The notes under the pieces were generated by a model. That model saw nothing but the letters and a program-made list of their open reading frames with translations, was not told the DNA's origin and searched no databases. A stretch of DNA of 63,961 nt, counting the filler, from Rhabdomonas costata (lineage: Eukaryota), in the NCBI GenBank assembly GCA_019059605.1. It is 48 parts of 48 records of this genome, joined end to end, with 100 filler letters (N's around TTAATTAATTAA, not from the genome) between each part and the next. Parts side by side here need not be neighbours in the genome. Positions count along the whole stretch, not along the records: positions 1 to 1,235 come from JAHMHO010022504.1; positions 1,336 to 2,570 come from JAHMHO010022505.1; positions 2,671 to 3,905 come from JAHMHO010022506.1; positions 4,006 to 5,240 come from JAHMHO010022507.1; positions 5,341 to 6,575 come from JAHMHO010022508.1; positions 6,676 to 7,910 come from JAHMHO010022509.1; positions 8,011 to 9,245 come from JAHMHO010022510.1; positions 9,346 to 10,580 come from JAHMHO010022511.1; 40 more parts are not named here. The stretch is one strand, 5' to 3'. Both the position numbers and the translations under genes were made by a program. Positions 1 through 12,205 of the stretch are shown here, one piece after another (the stretch's first letter is position 1; each line of letters starts with the position of its first letter).

Positions 1-750
1 ATTGAGAAAGAGGGAGGGCAAAGTGCGCTTATGTTGCGCTTTCGCGCGCCAACAACCAGTCACACTGTGTTCATCGTAAGATCCCCACCCCAGTAAAAAA
101 AATAGGTCCACCCGCTTGCATAACAACTCCAGAGCCTTGTCGTCAAACATTCGGTACACCCCAACGCGGTGGGAAATGATCGCAGAAAGCTCCTCGTGCC
201 GGTACGGCATGAAAATCTCCCGGCAAAGCCCTGTCGTCGACGCAACAGTCAGTCAGTAAGAAGCAAGAAACCTGGCGCAGACATAAAGAGCTGAACAAGC
301 CATGAGCTCGCTCTGAGAATCTTCATAATCTTCATAATATTGCAAAACTAGAAAGAACGTAATTATGCAAGGAAGACAGGTAAGGAAGACAAGGCAAAAA
401 GTAAGAGAAAGCGCTGAGTGAGCACGATTATCTGTGGGGCGAGAATGGGGATTCCCGGAGGGTCGGCGACGGCTCTGGCTGCTACGGCCTGGGCTGGGCA
501 ACGCAGGTGGGGAATCGCTGACATCGACATGGGTTGTTGGGTTTAGAGGCTTGGCAGATTTGCGATTGAAAGCAACTGTGGGTTTTGAAATGGACCCCAT
601 GCCAGGGCCTATTGGAGTCGCGGGATGGGAAGGCCTCAATCATGGCCACTAATGATAATAAGGTTATCAAAAGCTCGTGACTACACCTATTTTTTAACAG
701 CAGGAGCAATCCTCAAGTGATGGATGAAGGAAACAGATGAATAGGTACCA

Positions 751-1015
751 TCAGATATTGTGATTATACCACTGGTTATTACTAGTGGTGAAGGTAATGG
801 TAACGGCGGTTAAGGTCAGGTTATCTACGCCAGAGCCTCCAGTAAAAACAGCAGATCTACGCCTCATATAAATAGCATCGGCACCGTTGTCACCCTTTAT
901 GGTATTGCTAGTACCATTGGTAACACCAAAAACATCGGCACCTGATGAGCTACCAAGTATAGTATTAGTACCGCTAGACGTGGTGATCTTATCAGCACCA
1001 GTTCCACCGGTTAAG
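751..1015 (-). pseudogene. RTX/hemolysin-type Ca-binding repeat fragment, bacterial-like
   Basis: GGTGADKIT, GSSSGADVF, GDNGADAIY and GGSGVDNLT match GGxGxDxL nonapeptides. Codons end mostly in A/T, unlike the host exons. Confidence 0.6.
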
Positions 1016-1063
1016 GGAAGACCCTTGTGTATGTGGGGGGAGGGATGCATGGGGGGTGCATGC

Positions 1064-1223
1064 CCTCGGCCCTGGACTTCAGCCGGCGCAGGTCCACCTC
1101 AGCCAGAAAGTCGGTCTCGTTGCTGACCAGCACCAGCCCCAGGGGGGAGTTCGGGTAGGTGGGCCAGTTCAGCAAGTTGAACACCACCGTGGGCCGCGCC
1201 CGGTTACGGGCCAGAAAGTCCAC
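1064..1223 (-). CDS. ORC1/CDC6: ORC1/CDC6 AAA+ ATPase, internal exon just after Walker B
   Basis: VDFLARNRARPTVVFNLLNWPTYPNSPLGLVLVSNETDFLAEVDLRRLKSR resembles the ORC1 pattern DxL..vlYNLFdWP..lvviaiaNtmDl..RvsSR. TAG acceptor; the donor appears to be GC. Confidence 0.8.
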
Positions 1224-1235
1224 CTACCAAAAAAC

Positions 1236-1335
1236 NNNNNNNNNNNNNNNNNNNNNNNNNNNNNNNNNNNNNNNNNNNNTTAATTAATTAANNNNNNNNN
1301 NNNNNNNNNNNNNNNNNNNNNNNNNNNNNNNNNNN
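1236..1335. other. Artificial contig spacer (N-run + TTAATTAATTAA + N-run); first of 47 copies spaced about 1335 nt apart
   Basis: The same 100-nt block with six-frame stops recurs at regular intervals and separates 48 contigs of near-equal length. Confidence 0.99.
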
Positions 1336-2063
1336 TTGTGTGGGTAAGTCTGGAGTTCTCACATTGTTTTTGTTGTGCCGGAAGAGATGCATGAGTGGGG
1401 GCGGTGATTGAGATGATTGGAGCCGATGTCCACAGTCACTTGGTAGCCATTTGCATTCACAGTGTTTCGCGCGGTGTGGGTAAACCGTCACTGAGTGATA
1501 GTGGCTTGTTTTTTCCGCCAAGAAAAGAAAGATAGGACATTTTTGTTTTAGGTACAAGTGGAGAACATTGGCGGTTTCAGTCTAGGTCTCTTGTGTGGAT
1601 GCAATGGGAAGGGACTTGCTTTTCCAAGTTGTGGTGTGTGTATGTGTAGTGGAACTTGCGCAGCCGAACCACGGGGAGGGGTTGTCTCACTTGCTTGGTT
1701 CGCGTGATTGTGATTCCTTCTCTAACGGAAACCCAATGCTTCGAATACTCAAGCTGTGCGCCTGGCTATCTGCAAGAATCGCAATGCTCTGTTTTTCCTC
1801 TCTCTTCTGACTGCTTTTGGATTTTTTTCCTGCTGCTGTAAAAGTGAGGCCGAGGGCGATCTGTTCGGCACTCTCTGCCATGGTGTGCCGGGCATCAGTG
1901 GTGTTCTGTCGCTCGTGGTGTTTCTGTGCCCGGAATAGTTGGAATTAGTGTGAGGAGGACGTGTTGATAAGCGGCGACCACCTCGATTGACTGCGAAAGA
2001 GTTTGGAGGACTTTTTGAGGTGGTCCCAAGCGCTCTGTTTCTGTACAACATTGCGGCCTGCAG

Positions 2064-2409
2064 TGCTGCACGAGGCTGGCGGAGCTCAAGGCGGACCTCT
2101 GTGTGCAGGGCGAGCACGGCTTCACAGAACTCATGCTCGCCGCAGCGGCAGCGCAGCCCGAGGTGCTGGACCCCTTTCCTCCCTCTCCCCTCCACGTGGG
2201 TGCCTGCATTTGCATGCACGGTCGTTGCCTTGGCCGAGTTGAGCACTTTTCCATGGTGAGCATACCCTTTTTTGCCCTCCGTTAGCAGCATTTCTTTCCT
2301 TCCGCCCACAGCGGTGTCTGCAGCTGCTGCAGGGTGACGCCGACGTCAACACGCGCAATTCGGATGGATGAACCCTCTGATGTTCTCCGCGTGGAGGGGC
2401 CTCACCGAG
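2064..2409 (+). CDS. Ankyrin-repeat protein, two exons (2064-2162, 2312-2409); the second has a 1-nt deletion
   Basis: CCTRLAELKADLCVQGEHGFTELMLAAAAAQPE and RCLQLLQGDADVNTRNSDG/MNPLMFSAWRGLTE; both exons are AG/GT-bounded. Confidence 0.75.
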
Positions 2410-4460
2410 GTACTGCTGTTTAGGGTGCATTTGCTTCTGCATTTGTGCGCGGTTGATAATTTCCTGAATAAGATGTTTTTACGGGGGGGGTTGCGGATCC
2501 TCGTGGCTGATCACTGATGCGCGGGGTTGTTACTAGCGGTGCTCAGCCCCCCCCCCTCCTCCCAACAAAANNNNNNNNNNNNNNNNNNNNNNNNNNNNNN
2601 NNNNNNNNNNNNNNTTAATTAATTAANNNNNNNNNNNNNNNNNNNNNNNNNNNNNNNNNNNNNNNNNNNNGAATCATCTCAGAACTTACATCTTCGGCAG
2701 GGCCGCACGTGCGGAAAAATGTCAAGAATGCGTTTTATATCTCAAAATTTGAAAGAAAAAAAACGCAAAATCTAACAGTGCCAAGAAGGGTGAAAGTCAC
2801 CGTTCATGTCAAATGAGAGGGAAGCATACGTTTCCCGGATAGGCGTTTGAGTCCCAGGCGTACATCGCCACCAGAAGCTTATCAGAGTTAAGTTTCTCCG
2901 CGGGGTCCCGCCTGCGAAGGGGGTGGTACCGCATCACAACAAAAGGAACCCCTACAAATCGAACACAACTCATCGCTGCAAGCAACGAGCAATCGCTGCT
3001 CGCACTGGCAGGCGTTAGCGGCATTCCACGTATCACGTATGTACTCTTCCCGATATTAGGTGGTGAAACAAGAAGCCAGAACGAAGCTCAAACAATCGGC
3101 ATCGCACCAAACTACCCAAGCGCACAAAAATGTAAGATAATATCACCTCAGTTTTGGCACCGTTTCCACCCACAAGCAGCAATCTTCCACGGTTACCCAA
3201 AACCTAGTAAGCTTCGACCGCAACTCACATTTGTCCATTATATCCTTGCTTTGCTTACATGGATTTTTCAGCATTCTCCCACACAGAAACTTGGAAAAGT
3301 GAATCGTGATCTCGTTGCCAGCGGGGCACGTGAACTTCTGCCCATTCGTGGCCGCGCCCAGGCTGGTGCAGTCTGCCGGGAAGTAGCTGAAGGCGATATC
3401 CGAGATATCCTTCAAGTCGGTGCTGCAATGGCAGAGAAGCCGCCAGGTTAGGAGTGGAGTGTATATGCCCAATAAAGATGACGGGGAGGGGTTGAAGCGG
3501 TGACGGAAGCTGCTTTCTTTCTCTTGAATAAGGTTAGGTGAACATGACCACAATTTTTCAAACTGTTCAGTGCTAACTGGCCCCCTCTAACCTCTCAATT
3601 TCTCAGGCGATCCTAATCTACTGTTGACTAAGGACTAGCCCATGGCTGAGGTGTGGACACACGATTGGGACAGCATTGGTTTAAGGGACGAAAGCCAGCG
3701 CCGCGGCAGCCAAGTCGGCGGAGCGCGGACGGAGCGGGTGGGTGGGAAGGGAACGTGGCCTTGGTGCCTTCGAGGACTTTTTAATGCATAGTCCGATGGA
3801 AACAATGTTACCACTCCCGGCCCCTCTCCCCCGTGTACATGCTCAGGGCACAATGCATTTGAGAAGAGCGGGTTCCTTGAATTGTACGGCCCTACCACCC
3901 AAAACNNNNNNNNNNNNNNNNNNNNNNNNNNNNNNNNNNNNNNNNNNNNTTAATTAATTAANNNNNNNNNNNNNNNNNNNNNNNNNNNNNNNNNNNNNNN
4001 NNNNNGGTGGTTGGGAAAGATCTCTCTCAGAGTTCTTTCCCACATACTCCGAGTCACTCGCATTTATGCGGGCTTTATGCGGCTCCTCCATGGACTTTTT
4101 TGCCCTCTCCCACTGTCTCTCTTATTATTTGCAATGGTTTATTTCTCTCGTTTTCCTGCACACCTCGTGGTGTCTGCTCACAACGAGACGTGCGCTTTCC
4201 CTTTACAGTAGTCCCGTCTTATTCAGCTCAAGTGAATCCCTGTTCTCTGCTCTGGCACAGCGTTACGCCAGCCACTGCCCGTGCAGTGAATGTCTGAAGG
4301 AGATAATTGGCATGCATCAGAGAGAGAAAGAAGAAACATGCAAGAAAAGTGTAAGCAGGTTTCGTGAACCGCCATGTTTATGGAAGTGACCACGACATGG
4401 CGACGGGCATATTTTGCTATCACGATTCACCGCTTATTCCACCGGCCCACGACGCCACAG

Positions 4461-4603
4461 GTCATTGGGGACCGCGTGTTCGCATGGTGGAACGCCCCAC
4501 GCCGCTGCGCCCGTTCCGAGTACGGCGCCGTGCGCTGCGCCCTCGCGGTGGCCGCTCAGTGGGAGATCCCCTTGGGAGCCTCCAAAGGCGGCGCCCTGGC
4601 CTT
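4461..4603 (+). CDS. Class III nucleotide cyclase-like exon (divergent)
   Basis: VIGDRVFAWWNAPRRCARSEYGAVRCALAV resembles IGDavmafWNAP..A.raAL; CAG acceptor and GT donor. Confidence 0.65.
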
Positions 4604-5835
4604 GTATGATCGCCACACGCACATGTACACACACACACACACCCTATGTTCACCGCCCTTTGCCAACAAAAAGCTTTGCATGTAAGCTGATTGCTTCTCG
4701 GCGTCCATCACCTTTTGCCCTGACCAAGTCACGCCCTTTTTATTACAAACTTTAACCCCTCCCCCCTGCCCTGTATCTGCGTTGTGATCTGCATCTATAT
4801 CTTCTGTACTCATCCTTTTCTTTGATCGTTTGTGACGCACGAATCACAGAACAGCCTTTCTAAACACAACATTTATTTTACCGTACTGTACCAGCGAACC
4901 CCGTCATGTGTAAGCCTGGTTGTCATTCGGTGTCCGTCACCTACACCCCGGTCAGCATCCCGCACGGTTGTGGATGTGATGCCGCATCCCTGACTTCCTC
5001 TTATGATTGCCAAGTGTACGCTGCCCTTTGTATTTGTTGGGTTGTGCTGCGCGAACTGGTGAACAGTCTCGAGAAGCTCCCCTCGACGGCCTCCGCGCCA
5101 ACCACCACAATCGCCCCTCCTGTGGCAGCAGCAGCAGCTGCTGCTGCTGAACTTACCGCTCCGGTGGCAGTCTCCCGGCAGTCACTCAGCCCGATCTCCA
5201 CACTGGTCCTGTCCGAGCACGAGCACGACCCCCAAACACCNNNNNNNNNNNNNNNNNNNNNNNNNNNNNNNNNNNNNNNNNNNNTTAATTAATTAANNNN
5301 NNNNNNNNNNNNNNNNNNNNNNNNNNNNNNNNNNNNNNNNGACCCTTGCTGCGCGAAGGGTCGTCGTCCTGACCGACATTCGTATGCTGCACATACATGG
5401 TGCTTCCTCGAAACTGGTGGGTGTTTGATGTTTGACGCCGGGAGCTTAACGGTCGAAAAAGTCCCATCATCATCTGAGCGCATGACTTAGTTATAAGGTA
5501 AGTTACCTCCCGAAACTCAGAATTTATATGTTACGAGTTTCCAATTGAAGTCCTGGGAACACAATAAAATACCGCTGGGCTTGTGTGGATGCATACGATA
5601 TGCTTTAAACGTTTTGATGCTTCAGTAGGTAATCGGCGATGGGGTTGAAGACAGGAGGGATATGAGTGCTGGGTCACAGACAATCTGTACGCTGAACTCC
5701 ATATTTGTCTGGAGCACTCACCGACGTGGGATTGCATTATATCAAGCCACTCAACTGAGTAATATCAGGCATCTGATTTTGGAACGTTTACTTCGATGCG
5801 GATGTGGTGATGCCTGCACCCCATCTTACACGCAG

Positions 5836-6450
5836 TCCTCGGAGGACCAGGCAGTGGTGGAGCTGGAGGATATGCTCAAATACTCCAGCGTGAAAGAGAT
5901 TGTTCACTTGATGCGCAGCGAGAAGCTCTCGGTGCATCTGCAGGTCCCTGCAGGCACAAACCCGCGCAGTGGCCTCTGACAAGCTTGAGCTTTGAGTTCG
6001 CCTTTGTGTTTTTTTTCACTTGCTGGAACGATACGGAACGGTTTTCCGGCGCACGACGGTGACCTAACTCTGGTGAGCAGGTCCCGTTATGCCTGACACC
6101 TGGTTTGATGGAGAGAGGTCCAGAAACGTCGAGAGAAAAGTAACCCCTGCTGGCTGCTGGCTATGGAGATACCATGGGTGTTTAAGCGAAGCGAGTCACG
6201 TGGTCAGGAGAGAAAGCGTTAGGCTGCAACTGCCACCCCCCACAAACAGATGCCTCTGACTGAAAACAACAAGGAGGTTCCAAGGGAGTGTGGGGGGTTC
6301 ACATACATCAGCTGTTGTATGATTCACATGGTCCATGCGTTTCTACAGAGAATAGAAGCCGTGACAGCCTCCGCAGACCAACCCAGTGCCGCTGGATTGA
6401 CTGCAGAAGAGTACAACCTCATTGTAGAGTCCAACAACCTGGTAGTGGAG
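5836..6450 (+). CDS. PRP31: U4/U6 snRNP protein Prp31, two exons (5836-5943, 6349-6450)
   Basis: SVKEIVHLMRSEKL...EEYNLIVESNNLVVE matches Prp31 SVKsIAkL..S / pEYrvIVdaNNLtVE; the phase-0 GT-AG intron joins in frame. Confidence 0.85.
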
Positions 6451-7039
6451 GTGCGCAATTCTCCTTCGCGCGTCTGTTCTTATTATTTTGCTGCTTTATG
6501 ATGGACGCCCTGTGTTGCCTGTTTTCCTGCTGCGTCTAACTTTGCTTTTTGATAGGTGTGTTGGAGGGTGCCAGTNNNNNNNNNNNNNNNNNNNNNNNNN
6601 NNNNNNNNNNNNNNNNNNNTTAATTAATTAANNNNNNNNNNNNNNNNNNNNNNNNNNNNNNNNNNNNNNNNNNNNGTTTGGAACGAAAGAGTGCAGGAAG
6701 TACAGGAGCAGCGGCCATAAGAATGCACAAAAACTTGCAGCTTGAAACTCTGAAAATCCTCCTCACAAGCAAACGAAATGAGACTTCTTCGCGAAGTTCA
6801 ACACCCCAGTGCGAAAAACTGAAACATGTTGGTTGACTTTTCCCGAAATTTGCATTTTTGAGCCGTTTTTGCAACTTGGACCATAGTTCATTTGCCAGCT
6901 AAAGCCGAAAGCCTGTTAACGCGGGACTTCGCTAATGCGTGCTTGCTTTTGTGGCGTTCGTTCGATATGAAAAGGGCCACTCTTCTTTTAGCCAGTTTAT
7001 GATAAACAACCAAGACAGCGCGTTGGTAAGTTGTTGGTA

Positions 7040-7790
7040 AGTGTTATCAAAATCCAGTTTTTGTTGCTTGCTTGGGGTCGAAGATATGAAACTGGGCGAC
7101 CTAATCTTGCCGGCAATTGGGATGTGTTGGGTTGTGTTGAAAACCATGGCGATGGGGGTCGTTGGTGCGAAATCCCACACGATGGCGCATGATGCACGAC
7201 GGCAAAGCTCATTCGGCGTACTTCTCCTCCACGTTGCAGCCAATTAATCTTCCGACCTCTCACAGTGGTAGGCGCAGCACACATTTCCGTCCAGCTTGCA
7301 ATCATCAAGAACCAGCTATACTCGCAGCAGCTATGGTCGGAACAGGTCCAGCTCCAACTCCATAAGGAGCTTCTTAAAGCGCGACGCTCCCCGAGAAGGT
7401 GAGGTTGAAGAATGTAAGCCACCAACACGCGGGTGCATGGCTGAGTGTTGTGCCGAACACTAACCCTGGTTTCCAGTTTGACAAAGGGGAATTTCTTCTG
7501 CTATCAAACTTCCACCTGGTACTTCCACCTTTCCCAGCTGCACCGGCGACAAATGCGGACATCCACTCGACGTATTCGGGGATCACTTGGTATCGTGCCC
7601 GAAGGCGGGTGCGTGGAAGCGGAACAACGTTTTGCGCTGCCCTTGCGGCCATAGCCGAGAGCGTCCTTTTGAACGTCCTGTACCCTGCGCAGGGCGACAA
7701 ACGGCGTGCAGGTGTCCTTAATTTACCAGGAAAGTCTTTGCCGGGTCACCAATCTGGCGGGTCTTTCACGTGAACCCAGAATTTCGTTAT
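7040..7790 (+). mobile_element. Degenerate RLE-type non-LTR retrotransposon (CRE-like), C-terminal part
   Basis: QQLWSEQV..., HAGAWLSVVP..GFQFDKGEF, then after a frameshift the zinc knuckle CGHPLDVFGDHLVSCPKAGAWKRNN, then a degenerate RPaD-type endonuclease start. Stops and frameshifts are present. Confidence 0.8.
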
Positions 7791-8119
7791 TATACTTTTC
7801 AGGACAAAGTCAGAGTGCTGCGGCACGAAAGTTCTAGAAGTAGCAGGAGTCAGCACCAAACAGCTTTTACAAGAAGAAACAAAATGCATGCGGCTGGTGG
7901 AAGTCGACAANNNNNNNNNNNNNNNNNNNNNNNNNNNNNNNNNNNNNNNNNNNNTTAATTAATTAANNNNNNNNNNNNNNNNNNNNNNNNNNNNNNNNNN
8001 NNNNNNNNNNGTTTTTTTTGCCAGGTGTATGTATGTGCGCAGATAGGAAGGGTGGGGGGGAACCAAGTAATGATCTCTTTGGAATTCAAGCTTCGATGCA
8101 GCATTTTTTATGCCCTCAG

Positions 8120-8806
8120 CTGCAAAGGAACTGGGACGGAGCGGCGGCCGCCCAGGAGCCCTACCTGAAGGCTGGTCGGGAGCAGCCTTGGAGCCTGGCT
8201 CAGGGCGTGTCGAATCTGTCACAGATCGACGCCGAGGTTTGTGGTGGGGCCACTGACAACTTTTCGTTTCGCCTGGTGTCCGCATTTTCGCAAAAGTGTG
8301 AGTTGCGTTTTCGGAACCGTGCGCCAACTCCATATCTGCATTTGGTGAACCAGGGGGTCAGATCAGTAGATACAGAAAAGTGGGTCCGAAATGTTTTCGA
8401 TCACTGCTGAGACAGAGAACGGTTCCCAAGTACATTTTTCGTGGCTTTTCGTCTCTCTCTTGAACGGGCCCTCTACTTTTGCCGTGAGCAAAGATAATTG
8501 GGCGTTTTGTTCCGAACCAGCCAGTTTTTATGCAGTGCATCCAAGGCGGTGCTGAAGCATTTTCTGAACGAGCGAAAAAAACAAGAATTTCCTCTTCTCT
8601 GTCTTATATCCCAGCACTAGGCACGTTTCGTCCTACAGCTTCGTGACAAGCTGGCTGCTGTGGAGACCGAGGAGCAGCTGCAGCAGGTGCTGGCGTCTCT
8701 CTCCCCCTCAGAGAGGAGGTCCTTGGGCATGCCTGACGTCGAGGCGCTCACGCTCACCCCGGAGGAGATCAAGCGCACTATCGCTGAGCTGCAGAAGCTG
8801 CCATGA
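8120..8806 (+). CDS. Unknown protein, last two exons (8120-8236, 8639-8806)
   Basis: GC3-rich exons join in frame across a GT-AG intron and end ...KRTIAELQKLP-TGA. Confidence 0.7.
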
Positions 8807-11800
8807 GATATGGAGGGCCTGCGTTCCCGTGACTGGAAACGATCCTTCCGAGAGTGATCATTGTAAGAACCTCTGCCTCTTGTGGGGCCGCTTTACCCCT
8901 CAATGGAACGGAGAGGTGGCCCCCCTCAGGACCCCACCCACGTGCATCCTGAGGGCGTCCGCCCACGTACGCCCACCCCGCGTTCTGCCTTCGTTTTCGA
9001 GTGTTGTTTGTATTCTCCGTTGCGCACGCCAACTCGTTCTCTGCCACCAAAACAGACCAGATGACGTTATATGCCCACCGCGTTTCTCTGCCTGCCCTGT
9101 CGGAACACTTCTGACACTGACTTTTTGTGTGGGCTGACCGTGGTGTGGTTGGGGCAAGTTGGATCCGCCCAACCAGTTGACGACCAACCGAGTAATCAAC
9201 ACTGCGGCAGTTCCGAGAGAGCGAGAGAGAGAGCGACAGGTCACGNNNNNNNNNNNNNNNNNNNNNNNNNNNNNNNNNNNNNNNNNNNNTTAATTAATTA
9301 ANNNNNNNNNNNNNNNNNNNNNNNNNNNNNNNNNNNNNNNNNNNNGTTTGGGGGGGGGTGGGGGAGTGAGGTCCTGCGTCACGCTGCCACCCACTAGGAT
9401 GGGGCGACGAATGGTGCGAGTGCAAGTTCGATTGCCAATTGCGCGAAGAGCAAAAAGCTGCATACCCTCGTCCATTAGCGGGGGCAAGACATTCATTGGG
9501 GGCGCGCTCTGCGCGATATATTGCTGGACGGCACTCTGAATGAACGCTGCCTCAGCAGCCTTGCGGATCAAGTGGGTGTCCAGGGCCACCGCTAGGTCAG
9601 CGTCGATCTGCAGCAGCTCCGCAATCCGAGCCTCCTGCTTCCTCTCCCGCTCTGATCCCTGTGTATTGGTTTCGTGCAGTTTGTATTTTTCTTTGGGAGT
9701 GTGGGGCGGTGGGAAATAATGCGCGTGACAGGGTGGGACAGCATCTCTCGTTCAAAAAATGCGACAAAACTCTCTTACAGGTGCTTTTCCTTTTCGTCCA
9801 GTATGAAAACAATGCAATGTAAGACAAGTCTCGCATGCTTGTCATCTGCCATCTACCGAAAAAACGCTGCGGTTGAATATGTAGACAAAAATTGCACAAG
9901 AAATGAGGTGGGTAAATGAATTGCTAACGGGTCATACACGGGTTAAAATACACGGGATCAGGTTGACCATAAACATAGATTGCTCAGGAGAACGGGGAGG
10001 GTTAGTGTTCTGTTAGTGCGGTGTGCGAATTGTTTGGTATCGTAGGTATCGTTACATTGGCAGGAGGTGGGACTGAAGGTCAGGTGAGCGAAAAAAAGAG
10101 ACCACCCAAGGGCTTGGACCCTGCACAGCAATGCACACATATCCAGGAGAGAAAACGAGTGCGGGCGCATCGCACCTGCGCAAGTTCAATGCGGGTGCCA
10201 GACAGCACGTGCAGATGGACTCGCTCGCCCCCCTCGACTTCCTCAAGATCCTCCCGGGCCTTCCGCTCCTCGTCATGCAATCTGTGACAGAAGGGAGGCA
10301 GCGAGGAAAAAGACGTCTTTAGAGCCATCACTGGATACACACCACTCCAACACAACAAAAAGCATCCAGACAAGCGTATACTGATGATGTAAGTATATCA
10401 GCGGATAACCTCTCCTCCACTAACAGCAAACACACCCCACACAAACGCTGATACAATGGCGGCGACGGTACCAAGCCCAAAAAGAAGCTGAATATAACGG
10501 CGATTAACCGGAAGGACACATCGAGCGGCGTGACATCATGTTCGAAGGTAGAGTGACAAAAATTAAGATGACAACAAAAANNNNNNNNNNNNNNNNNNNN
10601 NNNNNNNNNNNNNNNNNNNNNNNNTTAATTAATTAANNNNNNNNNNNNNNNNNNNNNNNNNNNNNNNNNNNNNNNNNNNNAGCACACAGAACCCGCCTTG
10701 GGGATGGGCCTCGGGGTACGGGGTCTCCGCCTGTTTGTGCACGGGGGGAGTGGCTTTCCCTTGCGGCCTCGCTGAAGGTCAAGGGAGGAATATTCAAAAA
10801 CGTAGCCTGCACCAGCATTACACCTTATGCAGCCTGAAGGTTGCTACACCACTCTGTGGCCTCACAACTACACGCAAACGCGTCTGGCAGATCATGTGCC
10901 TGTGAGCCGCCCTGGTGCCGTTGCAATGGGTGAGCGTTCAGGGGGAAAATCGTCAGCTCATCAGCATTATTTCAGCATCCCAGCCTGGCTAATTGGACCC
11001 TTGTCCGGCGTTAAAGAACACTTGCAAAGTGCACATATCATTCCCTTCATTTGCTTCATTCTGAGCGGCCAACAACCTCCTCGGATCCAAGGTGCCGTAT
11101 ACGTTTCAATCGAACCACAAACCCGTGAGGGAGGGAGATCGACTGCTTTTTTCAGTCCAAAGGTTTCGTGATCTGTACCGCACCTTTTCTGTCCCAACCA
11201 CTCAAAAAGGGACGAGAGAGCCCAAACAAAGCGAGCGGGAAGTCACGGTACCCGGAGCTCCTCCTCTATCCGCAGCGAGATCAGGCGGTGTGGACGCCCC
11301 CCCACTGTGCCGCTGGCCAGCAGCGCAGGAGTCTCCGGGAACCCTGCAGGGCCCACGGGGATGCCCCCGTGAGCCCTGTGGCCCTTCTTCTTGGCCCCAC
11401 TGCTGTGGCTGGGGTGCGACCCAGGGGAGGGCGTGGCAGTCGCAGGGGAAGGATCGCAGCCCCAGCTGTGCTGAGAGGAGGGTGTGCCAGCCCCAGCAGG
11501 GGGGATGGAGTTGCTTCCTCCGGTTGAGGGTGCAACGGAAGGAGTGGAGGAGCTGCCACCGGCGCAGTTCCCAGCTGCGGAGGCCTTGGTTGGAGAGAGC
11601 TGCCGACGGCGTGAACTCCCCACGGGATCTGAGGGAGAATTCGAGGGAGCATTGGAATTTCAATTCTAAGGCTGAATTGGCTCTGACAAAGTTCGCGGTG
11701 GATGCTGATATGCGTTGACGAAAAACGGAAATAGTACTGAGGTGACGTAAGTTACGGGGCTTTGTGCTTTTTGATGCTCACTCCGGCTGTGGCTCGGCGC

Positions 11801-12021
11801 TGGCCTTCACCCCTCAAATAAACCTGGCCCACTGGTCCGCCAAAGCCCAAGACAAAAATACACTAATTCACCTGAAATACCACGGAAAGAGGAGACAGAA
11901 TTCAAACACACACACNNNNNNNNNNNNNNNNNNNNNNNNNNNNNNNNNNNNNNNNNNNNTTAATTAATTAANNNNNNNNNNNNNNNNNNNNNNNNNNNNN
12001 NNNNNNNNNNNNNNNTGTGGG

Positions 12022-12205
12022 GGTGATGCTGTATTTGGAAATGCGAAGACTAAGGCCCTCCCTCCCTCTACCTAAGAAAAGCACCCCCTGCTGCTGCCAT
12101 TCCTGGCCTGTATCGTGGCAGGTGAAAACATTGAGAACTGGGGTGCTTTTCTTAGGTAGAGGGAGGGAGGGCCTTAGTCTTCGCATTTCCAAATACAGCA
12201 TCACC
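12022..12205. repeat. Perfect 66-bp terminal inverted duplication (probable amplification fold-back)
   Basis: Arms 12022-12087 and 12140-12205 lie next to the contig start. Confidence 0.9.

Noticed and set aside
11092-11718. Overlapping long ORFs on both strands
   Set aside because: GC-rich sequence with no recognisable motif; no frame could be chosen.
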